Source of the DNA: Clostridia bacterium
GTDB taxonomy: Bacteria; Bacillota; SHA-98; UBA4971
DNA length: 64,000 nucleotides
Direction: 5' to 3'
NCBI GenBank assembly: GCA_050261175.1
Contig: JBLNDA010000125.1
Coordinates: 10,343-74,342 of the forward strand
The notes under the pieces were generated by a model. The model did not search any database. It had not been told where the DNA came from and saw only the letters and a program-made list of their open reading frames with translations. Shown here in pieces: positions 57,561 to 64,000 of this stretch. Numbering within the stretch: the stretch's first letter is position 1; the number at the start of each line of letters is the position of its first letter. A program made the position numbers and the translations under genes.

Positions 57561-57758
57561 GCTCTCACCACCGGTTGTGCAGGTTGTCGTTCTACATTCA
57601 CCATCCAGGCGACGATCCCTTCAGATGTCCTTCAGATGGTCAAGTAGCACCGTAGCGTCCCACCGACCAAGGCTCGACGATGTCTGCGGGCCGCCCGAGG
57701 GTGGCGGGGTGCCAAACCGCGCGCCCGGGAACCGCGGGCCTGGCCCATACATCCCCTT

Positions 57759-57822
57759 TTAACCCACGTGTTACAATCTTTAACACCGGCGTTATACGCG
57801 CCTAAACAGGTTATGCCATAAT
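57759..57822 (+). promoter_or_regulatory. Pho-box array plus -10 element upstream of pstS
   Basis: Direct TTAACA-like hexamers occur at about 11-bp phasing: TTAACC 57759, GTTACA 57770, TTAACA 57780, TTATAC 57792 and TAAACA 57803. CATAAT follows at 57817-57822. This is the Bacillus PhoP-type architecture. Confidence 0.6.
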
Positions 57823-58092
57823 GAGGTTGGCCGAGGGCAGCCGAACGCAACAGGGGCTTCTGCCCGCGGGAGAACGGGCGGAGGCTCACAGACAAAGCCG
57901 GGCAGGCGACATAACGAAAGCGGCGGGCCACGCCAAGCGCCCTGCAGGTGAGTTCCGAACGGTTCGCACTTGAGCCCGGCGACGCGGATGAAGGTTTCGG
58001 GCCCCGAACGGCGGGCGGAAGCTCCTGATGACATACCCCGGCTGCAGTCGGACCACAAGCTCTCGAAAGCTAGGCAAGGAGGTTAACAGGGC

Positions 58093-58935
58093 ATGAAGTC
58101 TGCGCTAAAGAAGGTTGCTCTCATCCTCTCCCTCACGCTGGTCATAGGCCTGGGTGCTGGCCTGGTCCAGGCGAGGGAGCAGATCACGCTTCAGGGCTCC
58201 ACGACGGTTCTTCCCATCGCCCAGAGGGCTGCGGAGCTTTTCATGGCGAAGAACCCCGAGGTGTCCATCTCCGTGAGAGGCGGCGGTTCCGGCAACGGCA
58301 TAGCGGCCCTCATCGACAACGCCGTCCAGATCGCGAACGCGTCCCGATTCATCAAGTTTGACGAGGTCAAGAAAGCTGTTTCAAACGGCGTCTACCCGGT
58401 CCCCCACAGGATCGCCCTCGACGGGATAGCCGTCGTCGTAAACCCCAAGAATTCCGTGAACAAGCTCACCATTGCGCAGCTCAGGAAGATCTACACCGGC
58501 GAGATCACCAACTGGAAAGAGGTTGGCGGGCCCGACATGAAGATCGTGGTCATCTCCCGCGACACGAGCTCCGGCACGTATGAGGTGTTCGAGGAACTGG
58601 TGCTGCAGGGCGCGAAGGTCGTCGCAAGCGCTCTGCTGCAGTCCTCCAACGGAGCCGTGTCTGACGTGGTGTCCAGGACCCCCGGCGCGGTCGGCTACGT
58701 CGGGCTCGGGTACCTGTCAGACAAGCTGAAAGTTGTCAAGATCGGCACCACTGGGAAGGCCTACATCGAGCCGTCCCTGGCAACGGTGCAGGCGGGTCAG
58801 TACCCGATAGCGAGAAACCTCTACATGTTCACTAACGGCTGGCCGACCGGCGATGCGGCGAGGTTCATAAACTTCATCCTGAGCGCCGAGGGCCAGAAGA
58901 TCGTCAAGGAAGAGGGTTTCGTCCCGCTCTATTAG
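58093..58935 (+). CDS. pstS: Phosphate ABC transporter substrate-binding protein
   Basis: A signal peptide, then ITLQGSTTVLPIAQRAAELF...SVRGGGSGNGIAAL...ISRDTSSGTYEVFEE... Confidence 0.92.
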   Translation: MKSALKKVALILSLTLVIGLGAGLVQAREQITLQGSTTVLPIAQRAAELFMAKNPEVSISVRGGGSGNGIAALIDNAVQIANASRFIKFDEVKKAVSNGVYPVPHRIALDGIAVVVNPKNSVNKLTIAQLRKIYTGEITNWKEVGGPDMKIVVISRDTSSGTYEVFEELVLQGAKVVASALLQSSNGAVSDVVSRTPGAVGYVGLGYLSDKLKVVKIGTTGKAYIEPSLATVQAGQYPIARNLYMFTNGWPTGDAARFINFILSAEGQKIVKEEGFVPLY

Positions 58936-59041
58936 GTCTATCAGGATCGATAGGATAAACAACCGACCGTCAAACCCGCAACTTCGACCCACTGGGCAGG
59001 GGCCGGAGACGCTCCTGCCTTCTCCCCGTTGCGCAGGGGGC

Positions 59042-59950
59042 ATGAAAGCGGGAGGGATATGCTTGCGAAGCCGGATACGCGAGAATCTCATACGGGTCGT
59101 TCTTACGGTGGTCGCATTTTCGTCGCTGGTGTTTCTCGTTGGCATCGTGCTCGTGCTCTTCAAAGAAGGCTTGCCCATATTCCGGAAGACAGGCCTCGCC
59201 CATTTCATCTTCGGGCGCGATTGGTACCCTACCTATGACCCGCCCTCGTTCGGGATACTCCCGCTCATGGCCGCGTCGTTCCTCGTCACGGTGGGTGCCA
59301 TGGTTATCGCCATACCCATCGGCGTGGCTTCGGCCATCACCATCTCGCAGATCCTTCCCGGACGCGTCCGCGGGATAGTCAAGCCTGTGGTGGAGCTTCT
59401 GGCAGGCGTGCCGTCCGTGGTGTACGGCCTCTTCGGGATGCAGATCATGGCGCCCCTGGTGATGAACGTGTTCGGGCTTCCCACAGGCCTTACGGCGCTT
59501 ACAGCTTCCATCATCCTCGGGATCATGGCGCTCCCGACGGTTGTCAGCATCGCGGAGGACGCTCTCTCCGCCGTGCCCGGGACCTACCGGGAGGCTTCGT
59601 ACGCGCTTGGGGCCACCAGTTGGGAAACCATAAGCCGGGTCCTGGTTCCGGCGGCCTCGTCTGGCATAGTGACGGCGAGTTTGCTCGGCATGGGCCGTGC
59701 AATAGGGGAAACCATGACCGTGCTTATGGTGGCTGGCGGAGCGGCGGTGGTGCCCACTTCGTTCCTGCAGCCTGTTCGACCCATGACCGCGACGATCGCT
59801 GCAGAGATGGGCGAGGCGCCAGTTGGCGGCAGCCACTATCATGCCCTCTTCGCCATCGCGATCGTGCTTTTCGTGGTGACTCTCGCATTCAACATGGTGG
59901 CCGACGGTTTTACCAGACGGTTCCAGAGGAAGGTGGCGGGCGGACGATGA
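59042..59950 (+). CDS. pstC: Phosphate ABC transporter permease PstC
   Basis: ...FGILPLMAASFLVTVGAMVIAIPIGV...PTVVSIAEDALSAVPGTYREASYALGATSWETI... Confidence 0.92.
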   Translation: MKAGGICLRSRIRENLIRVVLTVVAFSSLVFLVGIVLVLFKEGLPIFRKTGLAHFIFGRDWYPTYDPPSFGILPLMAASFLVTVGAMVIAIPIGVASAITISQILPGRVRGIVKPVVELLAGVPSVVYGLFGMQIMAPLVMNVFGLPTGLTALTASIILGIMALPTVVSIAEDALSAVPGTYREASYALGATSWETISRVLVPAASSGIVTASLLGMGRAIGETMTVLMVAGGAAVVPTSFLQPVRPMTATIAAEMGEAPVGGSHYHALFAIAIVLFVVTLAFNMVADGFTRRFQRKVAGGR

Positions 59951-60909
59951 GACGCGGGGAGGACCGAGTGATAACGGGAGGAAGCGTAGTTCCGAGCGGG
60001 ACGACGGCGTCGGCGGCGCCGGTGGGGGCGCGGCCCGCTGAGGCCGAGGCAAGGGTTCGCAGGCAACGGCGGCAACGCCGCCAGGCCGGCATGTTCGCGC
60101 TCATGATCGCGGCCCTTGTTATCGCGCTGGGCTTTCTGGCACTCCTGGTGGGATTTGTAGCGGCGCAAGGCATTCGCGTCATAAACTGGGAATTCATCAC
60201 GCAGATGCCACGGAACGCTATGACCGAGGGCGGCATTCTCCCCGCGATCCTGGGGACCTTCTATCTGGTCGTCGGCGCCATGGTGATAGCGACGCCGCTC
60301 GGCGTCGGGTCGGCAGTTTTTCTCACTGAGTATGCCAGGCAGGGTCCGGTGGTGCGGGCCATCAGGATCGGCGTGAACAACCTTGCGGGGGTTCCATCGG
60401 TGGTTTTCGGTCTGTTTGGCCTCGCGGTGTTCGTGAAGATATTCGGGTTCGGGGTGTCCGTCCTCTCGGGCGCACTGACCCTGGGGATCGTGGTGCTGCC
60501 CACCATCATCCGGGCATCCGAGGAGGCGATTCTGGCGGTCCCGGTGTCGTACCGCGAGGCGTCGCTTGCTCTGGGCGCCACGAAGTGGCAGACGGTGCGC
60601 TATGCCGTGCTGCCATCGGCCATGCCCGGCATCCTGACAGGGTGCATCCTCGGGGTCGGAAGGGTGGCCGGCGAGACGGCGCCTATCATGTTCACAGCGG
60701 CGACGTTCTTCACGGCACGGCTGCCGGAGTCCATCTTCGAGGAGGTCCAGGCGCTGCCATATCACATCTATGCCCTTGTTACGGAGGGCACACACCCGGA
60801 GGCCCAGGTCCCGATCGCCTTCGGGACCGGGCTGGTGCTCCTGGCCCTTGTCCTTGGCGTGGACCTCGCCGCGATAATCCTGAGGTCGCGGTATGAGAAG
60901 ACACGCTGA
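59947..60909 (+). CDS. pstA: Phosphate ABC transporter permease PstA
   Basis: ...[35 protein letters not shown]...[33 protein letters not shown]... The ATG at 59947 overlaps the pstC stop. The ORF-track start at 59620 is upstream of this. Confidence 0.92.
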   Translation: MRRGEDRVITGGSVVPSGTTASAAPVGARPAEAEARVRRQRRQRRQAGMFALMIAALVIALGFLALLVGFVAAQGIRVINWEFITQMPRNAMTEGGILPAILGTFYLVVGAMVIATPLGVGSAVFLTEYARQGPVVRAIRIGVNNLAGVPSVVFGLFGLAVFVKIFGFGVSVLSGALTLGIVVLPTIIRASEEAILAVPVSYREASLALGATKWQTVRYAVLPSAMPGILTGCILGVGRVAGETAPIMFTAATFFTARLPESIFEEVQALPYHIYALVTEGTHPEAQVPIAFGTGLVLLALVLGVDLAAIILRSRYEKTR

Positions 60910-60970
60910 GGCCGCCGAGGACCGGCCGGGTCACGCTCGACGCCACGATACCGGGAGGGGAGCGGTGCGG

Positions 60971-61396
60971 ATGACAGAGAAGAACAAGAAGAAGGTGCTG
61001 TTTCTTTGTACAGGCAACTCGTGCCGGAGCCAAATGGCCGAGGGGTTTGTCCGCGCGCTGGGCGGCGAAGGTTGGGAGGCGTATAGCGCCGGGCTAGACC
61101 CCCAGGGTGTGAATCCCAATGCCGTAAAGGTCATGTCGGAGGCCGGGATCGATATGTCACGGCAGACGTCAAAGCCGATAGACCCGGCCGTTCTTGAAAA
61201 CATTGATCTCATCGTGACGCTGTGCGGCAGCGCTGACGAGAAATGCCCGGCGGTCCCAGCCCGCGTCAGGCGCGAGCACTGGCCGCTTGAAGACCCGGCC
61301 AAGGCCACCGGTTCGCCCGACGAGGTCCTGGAGGTTTTCAGGCGGGTCCGCGACGAGATCCGCCGTCGCGTTGAGGGACTCGTAGGTCAGAACTGA
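60971..61396 (+). CDS. arsC: Thioredoxin-coupled arsenate reductase (LMW-PTPase family)
   Basis: [20 protein letters not shown] (CX5R P-loop) and [11 protein letters not shown] (the second Cys pair, as in Bacillus/Staphylococcus ArsC). Confidence 0.8.
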   Translation: MTEKNKKKVLFLCTGNSCRSQMAEGFVRALGGEGWEAYSAGLDPQGVNPNAVKVMSEAGIDMSRQTSKPIDPAVLENIDLIVTLCGSADEKCPAVPARVRREHWPLEDPAKATGSPDEVLEVFRRVRDEIRRRVEGLVGQN

Positions 61397-61496
61397 AGAC
61401 GGTGCGCCGCGTCGCCCCGTAATGCGCATATTGTAGCAGGATATGGTTACTCTATGGTTAGCATCAAGCCAATCTCAGCGCAGGGGGTGAAAGCAA

Positions 61497-61832
61497 GTGG
61501 GCGACTGGCTGCGCCACATCGTAAGGTTCGTTGTGTCGGCTCTGGTGCTCATGTTCATCGGGCTCATAGTGCCGGGCTTCAGCACCCTGAGCTTCGTGAA
61601 TGCCCTGATCGCAGCGGCGGTCATAACGGGCCTCGGATACATCATCGAGGCTGCCGTTGGAAGAAGCGTTTCTCCGTTCGGTCGCGGGGTAGTCGGGTTC
61701 CTCGTGTCAGCCGCGGTGATCTATGTCTCTCAGTTCGTTGTCCCGGCGATGCGCGTGACCGTCCTCGGTGCCCTGATATCGGCGTTCATCATAGGGCTCG
61801 TGGACACGTTCATACCGACCACTCTCAGATAG
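61497..61832 (+). CDS. Small multi-TM membrane protein (YndM/DUF2512- or YvlD-like)
   Basis: 111 aa with 3-4 hydrophobic helices (VRFVVSALVLMFIGLIVPGF..., ALIAAAVITGLGYII..., VVGFLVSAAVIYV..., VLGALISAFIIGLV). The GTG start follows GGGGGTGA. Confidence 0.5.
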   Translation: MGDWLRHIVRFVVSALVLMFIGLIVPGFSTLSFVNALIAAAVITGLGYIIEAAVGRSVSPFGRGVVGFLVSAAVIYVSQFVVPAMRVTVLGALISAFIIGLVDTFIPTTLR

Positions 61833-62196
61833 TCTCGTTCGGAGCCGACAGATTGCATACACAGATTGCATACAGAGTGATGCCTGCGGCCAGCAGCCTC
61901 GGCGCGAGTTCCCCGCCCGTCTTGGACGGGGATTTTCGCTTATGGCGGCGTCACCCCGCTCCTCGGCGCCACGGGACCCGTCTCCCCGCGCGCACGCACG
62001 GCCCACCCGTCAAGCTCGTCAATCCAGCCATCGAGGAATCCCGGGGAACCGTGGGTCCGCGCTTCACACGAGCATCGTCCAATGCGCGCTCTTGCCCGGT
62101 TGTGGTGGCGGTTGCCGCGTGGCGGGAGGATATCCCCGCACCGCCGGCGAAACATCATGTTAGCGATGCAGCAAGTGCTGCAATGGAGGCAAAGAC

Positions 62197-63117
62197 GTGA
62201 GTAGCTTGGTTGATACCGTTGCTCCCGCGTTTTTGGGCGGTGTGCCCATCGACAAACTCGTCGACCTGGCGCTCGGCGCCGGCGGAACCATCGTCCGTGT
62301 CGTACTCACGCTGGCGGTGGCTTTCTTGCTCGTAAAGGCTTCGAGCGCGCTGGTCGACAAGCTCATAACGCAACGCACGACCGAGGCCCGGAGGCTCATG
62401 GACGAACGCAAGGCCAGGACTCTCCGGTCCCTGCTCAAGAGCCTTCTGCGGTACGCCATATACGTCTTCGCGGGCATATCCATCCTCGGCGAGCTCGGCG
62501 TGGATACCACGAGCCTCTTGGCCGGCGCGGGGCTGGCCGGCCTGGCCCTCGGCTTCGGCGCTCAGAACCTCGTCCGCGACGTGATCAACGGGTTCTTCAT
62601 CCTGTTCGAAGACCAGTTCGCCGTTGGGGACTATGTCACCGTCGCCGACTCAGAGGGGATCGTGGAGTCCGTAGGCCTCCGCACTACAAGCATCCGTGCC
62701 TTCAGCGGGGCGCTTCAAATCGTCCCCAACGGGCAGATCTCGAAGGTCGTGAACCACATGGGCAGCGCGATGCGCGTCCTCTTCAGCGTCACCGTGGACT
62801 ACCGTACTGACGTAAACCGGGCCATCGAGGTGCTCGCCCGCGACTTCGAGAAGGCGAAGACGGAGATCCCCAACATCGTTGACGGCCCCACGGTGCTCGG
62901 CGTGAACGGCCTCGGCGACTACGGGGTCGAGCTGCTCATCATAGCCAAGGCAAAACCCATGGAGCAGTGGCAGGTCGAGCGAGATCTCAGGAAGCGCGTC
63001 AAGGAGACCTTCGATCGAGAAGGCATCGCCCTCTCCTCTCCCAGCATGCGAGTGTATCTGGAAACGACTGGCGCGGCGCCCGGAGCACCGCGCGCTCAGG
63101 GCGCGGCGGGCACATGA
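62197..63117 (+). CDS. mscS: Small-conductance mechanosensitive channel (MscS family)
   Basis: ...LLAGAGLAGLALGFGAQNLVRDVINGFFILFEDQFAVGDYVTV...GIVESVGLRTTSIRAF...VPNGQI. Confidence 0.88.
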   Translation: MSSLVDTVAPAFLGGVPIDKLVDLALGAGGTIVRVVLTLAVAFLLVKASSALVDKLITQRTTEARRLMDERKARTLRSLLKSLLRYAIYVFAGISILGELGVDTTSLLAGAGLAGLALGFGAQNLVRDVINGFFILFEDQFAVGDYVTVADSEGIVESVGLRTTSIRAFSGALQIVPNGQISKVVNHMGSAMRVLFSVTVDYRTDVNRAIEVLARDFEKAKTEIPNIVDGPTVLGVNGLGDYGVELLIIAKAKPMEQWQVERDLRKRVKETFDREGIALSSPSMRVYLETTGAAPGAPRAQGAAGT

Positions 63118-63211
63118 GCCCCTTCGCTGACGTGCTGGCTTGAGCGTGCGCAAGGTTCTGCGGTCAGGGTTGTGGGAGAGGGGCGGTGATGGGCGGAGGA
63201 GGAGGGAGCCC

Positions 63212-63415
63212 TTGAAGTTCTACATAGGAGACGTGGTCCGGCTGAAGAAGGAGCACCCGTGCGGATCCTACGAATGGGAAGTTATGCGAGTGGGCGCCGA
63301 CTTCCGCATCAAGTGCCTCGGGTGCGGCCGCGTGGTGATGCTCAGCCGGCCCAGATTCGAGAAGAGCGTAAAGCAGATAGTGTCGCGCCCAGGAGGCGAG
63401 GAGGGCGAGGCGTGA
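63212..63415 (+). CDS. DUF951-family small protein
   Basis: LKFYIGDVVRLKKEHPCGSYEWEVMRVGADFRIKCLGCGRVVMLSRPRFEKSVKQIV. The TTG at 63212 follows GGAGGAGGAGGG (the ORF opens at 63140). It lies next to ychF, as in Bacillus. Confidence 0.7.
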   Translation: MKFYIGDVVRLKKEHPCGSYEWEVMRVGADFRIKCLGCGRVVMLSRPRFEKSVKQIVSRPGGEEGEA

Positions 63416-64000
63416 TGGTCCGCATCGGCATCGTGGGGCTCCCCAACGCAGGCAAGTCCACGCTCTTCAATGCCCTCACCCGGGGCGCGGCTGAGGTGGC
63501 AAGCTATCCGTTCACAACCATCGACCCCAACGTCGGGGTGGTTCCGGTCCCGGACCCGAGGCTCGATGCCATCGCCAGGATTACGAGACCCGAGAGAGTG
63601 ACGGCGGCTTCCGTGGAATTCGTGGATATCGCGGGCCTTGTGAAGGGGGCGAGCCGCGGCGAAGGCCTTGGGAACCGCTTCCTCGGGCACATCCGCGAGG
63701 TGGATGCCATCTCGCACGTGGTGAGGTGCTTTGAGGACTCCGACGTGCCTCACGTGTCGGGGAGGCTTGACCCTGTGAGCGACGTGGAGACGGTGGAGCT
63801 CGAGCTCATCCTGGCCGACCTCGAGACGGTCGAGAAACGCCGTGAGAAGGCCGCGAGGATGCAGAAGGGCGGGAACAGGCAGTACGAGGAGGAGACTGCC
63901 CTCATGGATAGGCTCAGGGGTGAGCTGGAGCTGGGCAGGCCCGCAAGGTTGATCCCCATGTCCTCCGGGGAGAGGGTGGCCGTTTCGGATCTCTTTCTCC
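63415..64000 (+). CDS. ychF: Ribosome-binding ATPase YchF, 5' part (runs off the window end)
   Basis: Own translation from the ATG at 63415: MVRIGIVGLPNAGKSTLFNALTRGAAEVASYPFTTIDPNVGVVPVPD...VEFVDIAGLVKGASRGEGLGNRFLGHIREVDAISHVVRCF. It is absent from the ORF track because there is no stop inside the window. Confidence 0.93.
   Translation, partial: MVRIGIVGLPNAGKSTLFNALTRGAAEVASYPFTTIDPNVGVVPVPDPRLDAIARITRPERVTAASVEFVDIAGLVKGASRGEGLGNRFLGHIREVDAISHVVRCFEDSDVPHVSGRLDPVSDVETVELELILADLETVEKRREKAARMQKGGNRQYEEETALMDRLRGELELGRPARLIPMSSGERVAVSDLFL

Noticed and set aside
61497-61832. The small multi-TM protein was considered as a phage holin marking a prophage.
   Set aside because: There are no phage structural, integrase or lysin genes nearby. 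The flanking genes are housekeeping (arsC, mscS). The holin-superfamily resemblance is weak, and the DUF2512/YvlD-type membrane proteins it resembles occur in non-phage contexts.

Overview
This 64-kb window is roughly 65% GC by eye. It spans the chromosomal replication origin of what looks like a high-GC, endospore-lineage Bacillota-type bacterium. That assignment is an inference from Bacillus-like origin synteny plus yyaC, ykuS, jag and noc. All protein calls rest on my own reading of motifs in the supplied translations; no database search was run. Genes diverge from a bipartite oriC. Leftward on the minus strand lie an extra GHKL-ATPase/wHTH gene, then dnaA, dnaN, yaaA, recF, DUF721, DUF370 and gyrB (partial). 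Rightward on the plus strand lie rpmH, rnpA, yidD, yidC, jag, mnmE, mnmG, rsmG, noc, soj, spo0J, DUF4446, an M23 peptidase, bactofilin, a PRTase and ykuS, with yyaC on the minus strand. Next come a YkvI-like permease, a TPR protein, VanW and a complete F1Fo ATP synthase operon (atpZ-I-B-E-F-[H'::A]-G-D-C). After that are an aminotransferase, tmk, a small unknown protein, an MFS transporter, an orphan ABC ATPase, ltaE and a T-box-controlled proS (minus strand). These are followed by a C39-like peptidase, DUF554, a PK_C-like protein, a GalT-like protein and a tandem glycine riboswitch. The riboswitch precedes gcvT-gcvH-gcvPA-gcvPB, two radical-SAM genes (LipS1/LipS2-like), a LipM/LplA-like ligase and glycerate kinase. 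The window ends with LysE (minus strand), Pho-box-controlled pstSCA (no pstB), arsC, a small membrane protein, mscS, DUF951 and ychF (partial). No rRNA, tRNA, CRISPR, IS element or prophage was seen. The items most worth a second look are: (1) a GHKL-ATPase/wHTH gene sitting between the DnaA-box cluster and dnaA; (2) an ATP synthase delta C-terminal domain fused in frame to alpha, with no delta N-terminal domain; (3) a tandem pair of about 110-nt structured inverted-repeat elements, with a third 50-nt mini-copy elsewhere; (4) the gcv operon extended by a LipA-independent lipoylation module; (5) a 730-bp spacer carrying a perfect parS palindrome and a perfect Noc-binding-site palindrome. Many long ORFs antisense to conserved genes are high-GC artefacts and are not annotated.
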